NCBI GenBank assembly: GCA_951406725.2
Contig: OX597822.1
Location: 103,354,001-103,418,000, forward strand
DNA from: Octopus vulgaris
Lineage: Eukaryota
Direction of reading: 5' to 3'
DNA length: 64,000 nucleotides
Of this stretch, positions 24,179 through 39,152 are shown piece by piece (positions within the stretch are counted from its first letter, which is position 1; each line of letters begins with the position of its first letter). Made by a program: the position numbers and the translations under genes. A model generated the notes under the pieces. It had not been told where the DNA came from, made no database searches, and saw only the letters and a program-made list of their open reading frames with translations.

Positions 24179-24575
24179 TCTTTATATATAAAAGTGAAGT
24201 TGTGTGTCTGTCTCCTACGATTTAGATTCCTAACTACTCCCACATTTTGCGGTGCAGTTTAACCAAAACCGGGTATCTTATAGTCGTGATTCATATAGAG
24301 CCCTTCTGGGTATTAGCGCGCGTCTACAATGAGTCTACGATTTAAAAAATAAATTACCATCATTTTTTCCATTTTAATGCATTTTTTCGCTATTATATAA
24401 GGGAAGTAACTCTCTAAAAATGTCTACGATGAGTCAACGATTTAAAAAAAAATTTACCATCATTTTTTCCCCATTTTTAATGCATTTTTTTGCTATTTTT
24501 TGGCTATAACTCTCTAAAAATGCTTATATAGTTATTTCCCTTACAAACCCGAGCAACGCCGGGCGATACTGCTAG
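24179..24575 (+). mobile_element. Non-autonomous Helitron
   Basis: A|TC...CCCGAGCAACGCCGGG hairpin...CTAG|T, with an internal ~80-bp tandem duplication. Confidence 0.88.
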
Positions 24576-25026
24576 TTAAATATTATTTTTATTATGGAGA
24601 GAAGTATCCAAAGCCTATCATGGCTCTTCTAGACAAAGAAAGAAGCAGTTGCATAAATTTGATGCGTTTAATGTTCAGTTTTTAAAACTTTTATGGGCAA
24701 TTTACTGAAAAAAAACAGTATCTTGAAAGGTGTGGATTCCTGGAGTGGGAAGTTTAAGCAAAGTGATCAACAAAGACATCGCAAGAGTAGTGGTAGGAGA
24801 TAGCATTGTAAGAGAACCATCGTATTGCAAGCGTAATATAAAAAAGACTAATATGACGCGCTTACGATAATTGTCGGTTAAGACTGGTTAGGAAGATACA
24901 GGTTAGTATTGATCAAAGAGTCCACGTTGATAGACTACGAGTTAACGAGTGTTATGCGCTTTTGATTAGTTTCGTTAACAACAGATTTTGGTTAACGTAT
25001 AGTTTTTAGTATTAATAACTATTTGA

Positions 25027-26882
25027 AGGCGGCAGCGAGTTGGCTGAATCGTTAGAATGTCGGGAAAATGTCATTCTGCATTTGTTCCAGCATTTACGCT
25101 CTGAGTTCAAATCTCACTGATGTCAATAGAATGAAATAAAATAGAATAAGAATAGTACTCATCAAGTACTGAGGATGTCGATATCCGATAATCTCCTTCC
25201 ATCAAAATTGATGGCATTGTTCTTTAAATGAGAAACCATTACTAACTTTTAAAAGTGGATTTGCATACTGTATTTTGTTCCGGCTCTTTACATTCTGACT
25301 TCAAATTCCACCGAGGTAACTTAATTAAATCAACTGTTCCCGTTCTGACTTCGTGCAAGGAAGGAAGGCGACGGCTTGTCGGAATCGTTAGAGCATCGGA
25401 AAAACTAACCCTAACTTAAAATGAAAGAGGCCGGAACAAATACCCCAAATAGTTTTTCCGATACATTATTTACAATGGACGGATAGGTGTCCTCACCTTG
25501 TTTGTTGCTATCACACCGTTTTGGCTGATGTACTCTCCAGCCTTCATCAGGTGTTCTGATGGAATTTTGAACCCGACCTTTTATTTAACTAATGGAGTAC
25601 ACTGTTCTTATTCCCAACATCAGCAACATATCTTAGGAATGTGAACAGTGTGCCCCCTTAGTAATAAAAAAAGCGTTGGGTTCGAAATTCCATCAGGACA
25701 CCTGATGAAAGATGCAGAGTACATCAGCCAAAACGGTGGGATAGCAACAAACAAGGTGAAAACACCTACCCGTCCATTGTAAATAATGTATCGGAAAAAC
25801 TATTTTGTGATATTTGTTCCGGCCTCTTTCATTTTAAGTTAAAATCCCGCGGGGTCAACTTTGCCAGTAATTCCTTACGGAATCAATAAAATAATGCAAT
25901 CAAATACTGGAGACGATGGTTTTGGTCCACATTTTTCTTTCTAAATTGCTGGCCTTGTGCCTGAATTAGAAACCATTTGTTATTCAAAGAGAAAGGCGGT
26001 GGACTGACAAAATTTGTTACAGTATCAGAAAACTGCTTTGCATTTTTGTTTTCATTACTGTTCTTTCTGTTCTGAGTTCAAATCCAGTCTAAATCATCTA
26101 ATTAAAGCAACCATTTCTTTCCCACAATATTTTTGGCCTTGAAAGCGAGCTAGCAGAATCATTAGCACACCGTGCGAAATGCTTAGTGGCATTTCGTCCG
26201 TTATAACCTTTTGAGTTCAAATTCCGCCGCGGCCAACTTCCCCTTTCATGCTTTCGAGTAGATTAATTAAGTACTAGTTGAGTTATCGACTTACCCTATT
26301 CACCCGAATTTGCTTGCTCCGAGCCAAAACTTAAGACCAATGTTTTTGGCCTTGATGGTGGTGAGCTAGCAGAATCGTTTGCATGCAGGAAAATTTCTTA
26401 GTGGAATTTCGACCGTCTTTACATTCTGTGTTCAAATGCACCGAGGTCCTCTTTCCCTTTCAGCCTTTCGCGGTCGATAAAATAAGTACCAGTTGGGCAC
26501 TGGGGTCAATGTAATCGACTTACCCCCTCCACCAACATTTTATGCCTTGAGCCTATAGAATATTTCTAAATTTGTTCCTATGTTAGAAGCAATTTTTGAT
26601 AATTTAATGTGTGAGGGCGACGAATTGGCAGAACCGTTAGAGCATCGTAAAAAGTGAAAGGTAATATATTTTTTTCAGAAGAAATGCCACTAAGCATTTT
26701 GTCCTGCATGCTACTAGTTCTGGTAGCTAAGCAACAACAACAACAACAATAATAATAAATGCCCTGATGCAGTACCAGACAGTGGCTCTCGTGGCTTCTG
26801 ATCTTAACTGATTGGAAGTGTTATCATGTACATTGTTTTGACTTGGTATAAAATGCACTGCACTGCTCTCTCACTCAATAAT

Positions 26883-26921
<39 letters not shown>

Positions 26922-27275
26922 CACAATAATCTTTTCTAGTGAAGGCACTAGTACTTAATTCATCGGCTCCATAAGGATGAAAGGTGAAGTTGATCTCGGC
27001 GTAATCTGAACTGAAATCATGAAGAGACGGACGAAAGGCAGCTAGGCATTTTGTCCGGCGTGCTGTCGCTTTTAATTGTTTCAAATTTTGGTCCAAAGTC
27101 AGTGACTTGAGAGGAAGGTATTAGTCGATGCCTTTGGCTCCAATAACATCGGACCCGTACGGATAAATTGCAAAGCTCATCTCGGTGGGATTTGAACTCA
27201 GAATATAAAGTAGTGGAACAAATAATTCAAATACTTTAACACCGTTCTAACGATTCTACAAGCTTTCCGCCTTAG
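25027..27275. mobile_element. Cluster of old, degraded family-A SINE copies
   Basis: Repeated GGCGGCGAGCTGGCAGAATCGTTAG and TGAGTTCAAAT remnants at ~25027, 25366, 25995, 26143, 26355 and 26615 (+) and at 26960-27270 (-). Confidence 0.7.
25413..25841. repeat. Inverted repeat (~168-bp arms) with degenerate hammerhead core, inserted in a SINE
   Basis: Arms at 25413-25580 and 25676-25841. The left arm reads, on the minus strand, CUGAUGA-A-GGCUG..CAGCC-AAAAC; the right arm is a more degenerate copy. ATCGGAAAAACT is duplicated at the insertion point. Confidence 0.8.
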
Positions 27276-27817
27276 ATACGATAAACGTCGCCCTTTTCAA
27301 GCCTATCCAGGCTCATGGGCCCGGTTTCCCGGTTTCTGTGGCGTATGTGTTCCCCCCAGCTGGACGGGACGCCAGTCCATCGCAGCGTTACTCAAGAAAC
27401 AGGAAGAGAGAGTGAGAGAAAGAGAGTATACCTCTCTCAAGGTTTAGTTGAGGTATGTTAAGAAATGTATGCCTACATACATTTATACATACATGTATAA
27501 ATGTATGTAGGCATGTATGTATATATGTGTATGTATATATGCTTTTGTATTTATATAGGGAAATTCTGTTTCCAGATTTATTTTCAGAAGCATTCGTTTA
27601 GGATATATATATATATATATATATATAATAATAATATTAGGGAGTAAATCCAAACTTACTGGGAAAAATTAGATTTAGGATTAAATCTAATTTTACATTA
27701 TAAATATATATATATTAAATTAGAGATAAAAAATTAATTATATTAATTAATTTTATTTCTATGTTTTGGTTTATGTTTTTCACTGTTTGATTTGCCTAAT
27801 AGTGGTTTTATCTCTAA

Positions 27818-27979
<162 letters not shown>

Positions 27980-28079
27980 GCTTTAATTTGATCGCTGCAA
28001 GTATGGTACTCATTGTAACAGAAATAAATTAAATTTTATAGGTAACTTATTCCATTATCTATAAAAGAAATTATTATTA

Positions 28080-28144
<65 letters not shown>

Positions 28145-28173
28145 GTTGTTGTTGTTGTTATTATTATCATCAC

Positions 28174-28222
<49 letters not shown>

Positions 28223-28272
28223 GTTGATGTTATTATTATCATCACCATTATTATTATTATTATTATTATTAA

Positions 28273-28308
<36 letters not shown>

Positions 28309-28517
28309 CATCATCATCATCATCATCATCATATTCTCTTAAAAGAAGCCAGTGCTGAGACAGAAAAGGTAGTGGTGTAGATTAAATGTTTTGCGGTAAT
28401 TATAAATATATATGTATATATTTATATATATTAATTAATTTTATTTCTATGCTTTGGTTTATGTTTTTCACTGTTTGGTTTGCCTAATAGTGGTTTTATC
28501 TCTAATTTAATATATAC

Positions 28518-28630
<113 letters not shown>

Positions 28631-29018
28631 AGCTGTGCGTGCGCATGTTAGCAAATGTGTAAGTGTGTGTATATGCGCGTCTGTGTGTGTATATGTGCAT
28701 CTGCGTGTGTCACGCCGATTAATTTCAACAAATGATGTGTAAACACAGGGAGTGCATGATTATTATTTATTTTCTCGAAGACAAATGTACTGAAAAGCAA
28801 CGAAAGAATTCGCCTGAAAGAATTAGAAAATCATAATGCACAACTGTAATTACCTATATATGTATGTATGTATGTATATACACACAAACTTGTTACCTGT
28901 TCGTATATGCTTGAGGCATATTCGAACTCGTAAGAAAGTCAGTCACTGTATTTTGTCACGGAGAAAATTTCTCACTATGGACAAATAGGTGTTAGCACAC
29001 TGTATACACACGCACTCA

Positions 29019-29099
<81 letters not shown>

Positions 29100-29278
29100 A
29101 CGCACATATATATATAACGATACTTTTCTGGATGAAAAAATACTTTCTCCGTTTACGGCATTATTCACTATTTTCCAATTTATATATATATATATGTATA
29201 TATATATGTATATATATATATATGTATATATATATATGTATATATATATATGTATATATATATATGTATATATATATG

Positions 29279-29349
<71 letters not shown>

Positions 29350-29357
29350 ATATATAC

Positions 29358-29449
<92 letters not shown>

Positions 29450-30659
29450 TATATATACTATATATGTAAAGGAATATATGTTTATATGTGTGTGTCTGTG
29501 TCTATGTCTCTGGAACTTATTTCCGTTGACGTCTCTATGTAATATTCCCCCAGTGCAAATTAACTTCGCTTTCGTTTCCTTATCTCCTAACCTGGAAACC
29601 TAGATTTGCTCAAGATATTTGGTAACATTCTCTGCATGGGCATCAGTACAATAACCGGAAGTATGGTGCACGTTCTTAAGTCATATTCGCTTTTGGGTGA
29701 CAACTGTATAATCTTTTAGCATCAGTAGCAACTTGAATGATTTAGAAGAAGAACGTTCCTCCCCATTTCAGTAAGTTTTCTTCATCTGTCGGAATGGATG
29801 TTGCGACAATTCTTTCATTCTTTTACTTGTTTCACTCATCTGACTGCGGCCATGGTGGAGCACCGCCTTTAGCCGAGCAAATCGACCCCAGCACTTATTC
29901 TTTGTAAGCCTAGTACTTATTCTATCGCTAAGTTACGGGGACGTAAACATACCAGCATCGGTTGTCAAGCGATGTTGGGGGGACAAACACAGACACACAA
30001 ACATATACACACACCTACACACACACACATACGATGGGCTTCTTTCAGTTTCCGTCTACCAAATCCTCTCACAAGGCTTTGGTCGGCCCGTGGCTATAGT
30101 AGAAGACACTTGCCTAAGGTGTCACAGATATTATACTTATATAAGAATAATTAACTGGGAAATACCTTAAACACTTACACACAAATAGTCACCCCGCAAA
30201 CCCACTCGCCTTCAACATTCTATAATAATACACTTTGCACATACATAGGGCCCCTCCTAGCACTAAGAACTTCCTAAACTCTAGCAATAAGATAATTATT
30301 AGCCATAAGGAATTTTAAACCACCCAAAATTTGGTACGAGTTAGCACCCTTTTCACCCTTTTTGCGTTACCTCCTTCATCTACACCGCCGGTGATAACTA
30401 ATCGTAGAATATAAGAAAAATTTGAATACCCACGTACGAAAAAATGTGCTTCATTAAACTAGGAACTCCGCACCTAGATAATACTCACCTAATACTCACC
30501 TAATTACCCAACGAAACTAACCAGTCTACCACAAGCAAACCTCTACCCAGCGAATTTGCCAGCGCAAGAACAAAACTTAATATAAGAATTACCTCCTTTG
30601 TTTTATTACCATCACATATATAAAAATTATTTTCGCATCCTAACCGATGCATCTATATT

Positions 30660-31215
30660 CGGATTCACCCACATTATAAGCAGTTGTCCGAAAATGTCAT
30701 GATGGTATTATCTACCGATGAGCCATGATGTAGCTAGGACACTCTATGATGAAATCCATCAGAAGGATAATCCCGAGGACAAAGAAATAAGAATCCACAA
30801 TATGGTAGAAGATATAGCCACTCATAATAAAAAGGTGTACTGGTGGAATGTCCCAGTGAAAACCTCAATAAAATGTAAGCACAACAGACCTGATATAATG
30901 ATTATTGACAGAGAAAAGAAACTGTGCACAGTTGTGGAAATTAGATGCCCAGCGGATGTTAACTTAAAGCTGGAAGATCAGTGTAAAAGAGAACACCTAT
31001 GCTGAACTATTGAGAAATCTGCAATTACTCTATTTAGATTACAAGTAAAGATTTATACCTGTAATTTTGGGGCCCTGAAATATGTAACACACTGTCTATA
31101 TAACAATCTTGAGAAATTAGGATTCTCAAAACCAGAAAGGAGAAAGCTTACTGATCCAGTCTATTACTAGAACTGTAAATATCTGTAAAACTTCTCGGAA
31201 GTTTAGCATTTAAAT
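30660..31215 (+). mobile_element. 3' fragment of a REL-endonuclease non-LTR retrotransposon
   Basis: ORF 30718-31005 reads HDVART...WWNVPVKTSIKCKHNRPDIMIIDREKKLCTVVEIRCP. Homologous to 11340-11850. Confidence 0.8.
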
Positions 31216-32255
31216 ATATATGAGCATGTCTAGATATGCAACTATATGCATGATAATACATACATAAAGCAAAACATACAAATCTGCACATGCACATACA
31301 TACATAATATATACATACATATATGCATACATACATACATACATACATACATACATACATACATACATACATACAGGCTAAGCTTCCTGAAATAGTTTTC
31401 ACACTCTACGAATTTCTTAACATACCTCAACTAAACCTTGAGAGAGGTATACTCTCTTTCTGCATAATAAATAATGGTATGCATGGCTACGTCCCCGGTA
31501 AATTTGAGGATGATGTTAGCATTAACACGAAGTGTAGATTCTCTTAGAATCGTGACTGTTACATCAAATCAGTTTCCGAAATTTATGCTTTTGTAATCAA
31601 GAGCGTGAGATAGCTAAAATATATCTAATCAACCAAAAGAGCAATGAAGTCCTTCAACCCTCAAGGTACTTATAAAAATGTTATTAAGTTAATATGTTTC
31701 AGTACTGCATGGCGTTGTTGCCGAAACAGCATTCAATATCATTCATATGTAAGACTACCCAGGGATAAAAATGAAAAATACTTTTGATATTGATTACGTA
31801 CACTTGTTAACATAAGGAATATTGATGTAGCATTCCCATAAAGTCTTTCGGCAAGAGTAAACCACATGTACAGTCATAGAGATCAATTGCTTTACGTATA
31901 TGAATATTTCTATGAAAATAATTGTGAAAAAAATACTTAGGGCAATTCTTCGAAACTTACAGCTTCTTTACCAAAATTGTGTATTTACATTAATACCTGA
32001 AATTATTGGTGTATTCAGCTATATCAATAAATGTGTAGGAGGGAATATGAGAAAAAAAGTAACGTAGGATTTGAGGCAGAGAACCACTTGTTATTATATA
32101 TCATATCCAAGTTATAGATCCTTGATACTTTGTAAGAAACAAGCTCCCTTTGAGAACAATTAAAACAACCATCCATCCATCCATCCATCCATCCATCCAG
32201 CTAGCCGGCCAGCCAGCCATACATACATACATACATACATACATACATACATACA

Positions 32256-32289
<34 letters not shown>

Positions 32290-32494
32290 AAAATCTACAT
32301 ACACTGCATCCTTCAAAACTTCCATGCTTCCTGAGATTCGCCAACACTACACCTGATTTTCTCCCCTCCATACACACGCAAGCATGTATCTGACTCATAC
32401 ACTGTTCACTTCCCAGACATTTGTACATTACTGCATATGCTTTATACCCACTTTTGACAAGCTGTGGTGCACCTGAGCACTGTATACAATAATT

Positions 32495-32558
<64 letters not shown>

Positions 32559-33202
32559 CATAAATACGACGTGCATAAAACTGACGTGCACGCATTGTGG
32601 ACTGTTTTAAAAGATATTTTTGAACATATAGTTTACAATAATGTCGAAGAAATTTTGCCTACATGAGTAACTATTTTGTTCTTCTGTCATATATACAGAA
32701 ATTCCCTTTTACTCACCAAATTAACGTTATTCAGCCCGGTTTACAAAAAAAATAAAATAAATAATAATAGGTACTTTTCTGTATGTTGGATTTAGCATTT
32801 GTGACAATGGCTGACACTGATAACGCCAAAACCAAGAAACTACACGCATACATGCATACACTTATCTAAGATCTGCACTTATCATACCGTTTTCAGCTGT
32901 TATAAATGCATAAGGATATATAACAATGGTTTTGAATAAAAGCATGGGAATATTGAGATTTTTGAAGTATGAATAAAGCAAACTCATTGTCATCTTGCGA
33001 ATCTAACTGATGAGTGGAACAATAGAGATTTACAAAACATTACAAATGTTCTCTGTTTGATTTTCCTATAATGTTCATAAACATACATACATACATACAT
33101 GCATTAGATTATTAGTTTGTTAAGGTTTAGTTTTATCCCTACTATAGAAAATATCGATAGTTTTTTTTTTAATCAGCTCTGTGTTAAGACTATTACACCT
33201 CC

Positions 33203-33572
33203 TGGTGAGGGCAGCGGACTCGCGGTCGTAGGATCGCGGTTTCGATTCCCAGACCGGGCGTTGTGAGTGTTTATTGAGCGAAAGCACCTAAAGCTCCACG
33301 AGGTTCCGGCAAGGATGGTGGTGATCCCTGCTGTACTCTTTCACCACAACTGTCTCTCACTCTTACTTCCTGTTTCTGTTGTACCTGTATTTCAAAGGGC
33401 CGGCCTTGTCACTCTCTGTGTCACGCTGAATATCCTCGAGAACTACGTTAAGGGTACACGTGTCTGTGGAGTGCTCAGCCACTTACACGTTAATTTCACG
33501 AGCAGGCTGTTCCGTTGATCGGATCAATCGGAACCCTCGTCGTCGTAACCGATGGAGTGCTTCCACCACTCC
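33203..33572 (+). mobile_element. SINE family B
   Basis: Sequence identity to 18694-19070 and an ACACCTCC direct repeat at the flanks. Confidence 0.85.
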
Positions 33573-34360
33573 ACACCTCCCCCACAAAGGTACGCAGACA
33601 CACTGACACATATACAAGCACACGCACATATATAAACACGCATACACACATATAATGCTGCAAAGTTTGGTGGCGAAGGAGAATATAAAATAGCCTCTAA
33701 TAAAAGACCTACATAATTCTTTAGAAATCTAAGATCTGCACTTATCACTACAATATACCGACGAAGCCTAAAAATTCATTGCGAAAGCGGAACAGTACGG
33801 CAAAGGAGAGGTCCATTTTTAAGACCGACGAAGCCTAAAAACCCCAAACCAAAGCAAAAGCAATAAAAAAAACCCCAAAACCCCAACTGTTATTTGTCAG
33901 TTGCCACCATGCTGCCAAACATAAGACACGCATTTCCACTAGAATTGACTAAGCAAAACAGGAGCATACGCGAAGACGGAAAGTGTCGCTGAAGAGGTCA
34001 CAGATGTGTGACGAAAGATCTCCGGACGATGGACATCAGTCAGAATAAGAACAGTAATAAACGAGTGAAGAAGGAATATATGGTGCGTGTGTTTATTTGG
34101 CAAAAAAAAAAAAGAAAAAATACCATCCTGAAATATAACAATATCTGTTTTGACACACGGTGTCACATCAGGAATTTTGCAACACCAATTCACAAACGTA
34201 ACTATTTTGATTATTTTTGATTAATTTAATTTCCTATATTTACCCACATCGCCTCACTCAACTTTTCTTGATCAGAGTTGTTGACATGATTATTCATTCT
34301 CCTTAATGTGAATATAATCTCAGTTGATTAACAACTTTTGGTCTGCTGTATTAATTGGTT

Positions 34361-34915
34361 GTGGAGACGCGAGGCTTAATGGTTAGGGTGTCAGCATCAT
34401 GATCGTAAGATTGTGGTTTCGATTCCTGAACCGGGCGACGCGTTGTGTTCTTGAGCAAAACACTTCATTTCATTTGCTCCAGTCCACTCAGCTGGTAAAA
34501 ATGCATAACGCTGCAATGAACTGGCGTCCCGTCCAACTGGAGAACACATACGCCATAGAAACCGGGTAACCGGGCCCATGAGCCTGGCAAGGCTTTAAAA
34601 GGGCGCATTTATTTGTGGAGGCGCAATGGCCCAGTGGTTAGGGCAGCGGACTGTCGGTCGGAGGATCGCGGTTTAGATTCCCAGACCGGGCGTTGTGTGT
34701 GTTTATTGAGCGAAAACACCTAAAGCTCCACGAGGCTCCGGCAGGGGGTGGTAGTGACCCTTGTACTCTTTCGCCACAACTTTCTCTCACTCTCCTCCTG
34801 TTTCTTGAGTAACGCTGCGATGGACAGGCGTCCCGTCCAGCTGGGGGGGGGGGGGGCATACGCCACAGAAACCGGGACACCGGGCCCATGAGCCTTGTTA
34901 GGTTTAAAGAGGGCG
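34361..34915 (+). mobile_element. Two adjacent tRNA-derived SINEs sharing the same 3' tail
   Basis: Heads at ~34361 and ~34615. Both end ...CATACGCCA.AGAAACCGGG..ACCGGGCCCATGAGCCT. Confidence 0.8.
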
Positions 34916-35632
34916 ATGTTTATCGTTTTTTTAATCGTATTAATTGGTTAGTATTCTCTCTACTAAGGAGATGTAATGTGATATTACACTACTGTAAGAT
35001 ATTAAATGTTATCTTATGATAGTAAGATACATGATACTGCTAACATGGACAAAACTATCGAGAGATATTATTACCGTATATTTCACTGGTTATGAAGCTC
35101 ACTTCGCCACCACATGGTTTCATGATCAATTCAACAGCACGTCATCTGTAGCTACGGGCCAATCAATGATTCGTGAGTGAATTTGGTAGACACAAACTGT
35201 ACAGGCCCGTCGTGTGTGTGTGTGTGTGTATACACATATACATAACTAATTGCACACACACATATATATATGTGGATATGCTGACATATACAGGTATGTA
35301 TGTGGGGCTGTGTGTCTGTGTTTGTCCCCTCACTGCTTGATAACCGGTGCTGGTCTGTGTACGTTACGGCAACTTAGTCAATGAAAGGGTAAAAGAAACC
35401 GATAGAATAAGTATCAAACTTTAAAAAAAAACATAGTAATGGGTTCAATTTGTTCAACTTAACCCTTCAAGGTGGTACCTCACATGGTCGCAATCCAATG
35501 ATTGAAACAAGCAAAAGATAAAAGATATTACAAAAACCAAAAGAAGAACAACAGCAAAAAAACAAAACAAAAACAAAAAAGATAGGAAAAGAAAAGAGAT
35601 ATTCTAGATTTTAAAAAACTGGCTTTATATGT

Positions 35633-36030
35633 TTACTCTTTTACTTGTTTCAGTCATTTGATTGCGGCCATGCTGGAGCACCGCCTTTAATCGAGCAACT
35701 CGACCCCGGGACTTATTCTTTTGTAAGCCCAGTACTTATTCTATCGGTCTCTTTTGCCGAACCGCTAAGTAATGGGGACATAAACACATCAGCATCGGTT
35801 GTCAAGCAATGCTAGGGGGACAAACACAGACACACAAACACACACACGCATATATATATATACATATATATACGACGGGCTTCTTTCAGTTTCCGCCTAC
35901 CAAATCCACTCACAAGGCTTTGGTCGGCGCGAGGCTATAGTAGAAGACACTTGCCCGAGGTGCCACGCAGTGGGACTGAACCCGGAACCATGTGGTTGGT
36001 AAACAAGCTACTTACCACACAGCCACTCCT
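35633..36030 (-). mobile_element. SINE family D
   Basis: Identity to 19833-20234. Confidence 0.85.
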
Positions 36031-36198
36031 TAGATTTTAAATAATTATTTAATTACAATTATTAACTGAATTTGGTTTATTATTGCATTAATCACAAAAT
36101 TTCTTCGATTTGTTTTTAGTTTTCCGTTGCTTTATCTATATTGCGCAGATGTGATCTTTGATAAACTTAAACAATTTTTAATTACAATTTACTTTCAG

Positions 36199-36304
36199 GT
36201 CTGTCAATTGCCATTGTGCTATCGCTGTTCATTTCTATCTGCATTGAAGGACTGCAAGAATACAGAAGTGCAAGAATCTTGAAAGCTTCCCTTCGGAAAC
36301 CAAG
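36199..36304 (+). CDS. Ctr/SLC31 copper transporter, coding exon (TM1)
   Basis: TTTACTTTCAG|GT...CCA AG|GTACAT encodes (G)LSIAIVLSLFISICIEGLQEYRSARILKASLRKP(R), i.e. TM1 plus the Ctr EGL...R motif. Phase 1 in, phase 2 out. Confidence 0.85.
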
Positions 36305-36535
36305 GTACATAATAATTCAATACTAATAATAATAATATTGGTTTCAAATTTTCTCACAAGGCAGCCATTTTGGGGGAGAGGATGATTCGATCACTTCGAC
36401 CCTAGTGTTTAACTGTTAGTTAATTTATCGACTCCGAAAAGATGACAGGCGGAATTTGAGCTCAGAAAGTAGCGGCAGACGAAATAGCGTTAAGCATTTC
36501 GCCCGGCCTCCTGGCGATTCTGCCAGAACGCCGCC

Positions 36536-36593
<58 letters not shown>

Positions 36594-36611
36594 GAAGAAG
36601 AAGAAGAAGCA

Positions 36612-36980
<369 letters not shown>

Positions 36981-37178
36981 TAATAATAATAATGTTTTCT
37001 TAAACATTCTCTATAACAATACAATTTGCAAAGCCAAATATGTGATACCCTAGGCATAACACCAACATTAACTTCTAATTCGTTGTCTCTTGAGGTCTCC
37101 GGGTGGTACAAATACAAAGCTAAAATCAAACATATAATAATAATAATAATGATAATAATAATAATAATAATGATGATG

Positions 37179-37211
<33 letters not shown>

Positions 37212-37254
37212 TTAATAATAATAATAATAATATTAATAATAATAATAATAATAA

Positions 37255-38155
37255 ATAGAACAGCAACGAACCATGATAAAACGATGGCAAGAAAAGCCCC
37301 TTCATGGTAAATACTGGACTAAACTAAACGCAAAAGAAATAGACAAAGAAAAATCCCAGCAATGGTTGAGAAGCTCAGTACTCATAGCAGAAACAGAGGG
37401 ATTTTTAATTGCAGCACAAGACCAAAGCCTCCCCACCAGAAATTACCAAAAACATGTAATGAAAAGAAATATTACAAGTAACTGCAGAATATGTGGAGAT
37501 GGACAAGAAACAATAAATCATATTATCTCTGGCTGCCCAGTCCTGGCTAAGAAGGAATATATTCACAGACATGACAGAGTTGGAACCTACATACATTGGA
37601 AGCTATGCCAACATTATGGAATAACAACAGAAAAAAGATGGTATAGGCACACACCAGAAAAGGTCACAGAAAACGAGAAAGCAACCATACTCTGGGATAT
37701 GCCGATACACACAGATAGAGAAATTAAGGCCAACAGACCAGATATAGTTGTCAGAGATCATGAAGAAACAAAAAGGCTTTCTAACTGATGTATCAATACC
37801 GGCAGATGACAACGTGTCTCTAAAAGAAATGGAGAAACTCTCAAAATACAAAGATCTGGAAATAGAGGTAACCAGAATGTGGAATCTAAAAACAGAAACA
37901 ATTCCTATCATAGTAGGTGCATTAGGCATGATAAAAAAATATTCAGACAAATACATAACAAAAACACCAGGACTTACAAACACATATAACATACAGAAAA
38001 TTGCACTACTAGGCACTGCACACATCCTACGCAGAACACTTTCCATACAATAACCATCAAGAGCATCACAACAAATCACAGCACATACCCAAGGCACACA
38101 GAGCTGCGCTCGGTAGTGAAGTGAAAGCACGCTATAAAAATAAAACTACTGAATA
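37255..38155 (+). mobile_element. 5'-truncated R4/Dong-like LINE (CCHC + REL endonuclease) inserted in (TAA)n
   Basis: KPLHGKYW..ETEGFLIAAQDQSLPTRNY..CRICGDGQETINHIISGC..RHD..NRPDIVV, then one frameshift, then EKLSKYKDL..PIIVGALG. Flanked by TAA repeats. Confidence 0.9.
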
Positions 38156-38163
38156 ATATAATA

Positions 38164-38321
<158 letters not shown>

Positions 38322-38458
38322 TTTTCTTAAACATTCTCTATAACAATACAATTTGCAAAGCCAAATATGTGATACCCTAGGCATAACACCAGCATGAACT
38401 TCTAATTTGTTGTCTCTTGAGTTCTCCGGGTGGTACAAATACAAAGCAAAAATCAAAC

Positions 38459-38507
<49 letters not shown>

Positions 38508-38511
<4 letters not shown>

Positions 38512-39066
38512 GCCCTGATGCAGTACCAGGCAGTGGCTCTCATGGCTTCTGATCTTAACTGATTGGAAGTGATATCATGTACATTGTTTTGTCTTGGTAT
38601 AAAAGATGGGCTACAGCAAATATTCTGCTCAATACCACAGATTTGGTTGTCAGTTGTTTGACCTTAACCAGTTGAGCATGTCCCTTAGTGGCTGACGATA
38701 TGTGCATCTCTGATCACGAGCAGAAGTAGTGGGGGAGCATCATAGCCATGTATTGAGAGGGATTCTTTGGGGTTTGAATAATTCACCTCTGGAAACATGG
38801 GTGGTTCTTTCAACATCCTTAAACAACCCTTATTCGGGGACCGTTTGAGCGGGATGGGCTACTCAACCTGAAGAAAATTCAAACTGGGCCCCACCTGCAA
38901 GGTCATGTGGTGTTTATCTTGATATGAGATCACCATGTCGCGCACATATGGTTGTGATGCATGTGCCTGGTGTACCCTTATCAGACGGGTAGTCATGATG
39001 GGTATATTGGGCTTCGTATATTTTACCCCAGTGTCACTTTGATGGCATGAACTGCTCTCTCACTCA
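38508..39066. mobile_element. ~560-bp non-coding element embedded in (TAA)n
   Basis: AAATGCCCTGATGCAGTACCAGG...CTCTCTCACTC flanked by TAA tracts. A near-identical copy lies at 43295-43853, with partial copies at 26758-26877 and 42388-43221. Confidence 0.85.
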
Positions 39067-39072
39067 ATAATA

Positions 39073-39152
<80 letters not shown>

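Noticed and set aside
29720-29770. Exon-like segment TTTTAG...CA|GTAAGT
   Set aside because: Inserted in the phase-1 intron it would add 17 residues with no Ctr similarity between two exons that already join into the expected motif. There is no other support.
32587-32593. Metal-response-element core TGCACGC in a Ctr intron
   Set aside because: A single 7-mer is expected by chance in 64 kb, and there is no cluster.
33203-33260. SINE heads as additional tRNA genes
   Set aside because: They have A and B boxes but no complete cloverleaf, and they continue into SINE bodies.
33758-33840. Repeated CCGACGAAGCCTAAAA resembling a hammerhead core
   Set aside because: The core is mutated and stems I-III cannot be formed convincingly.
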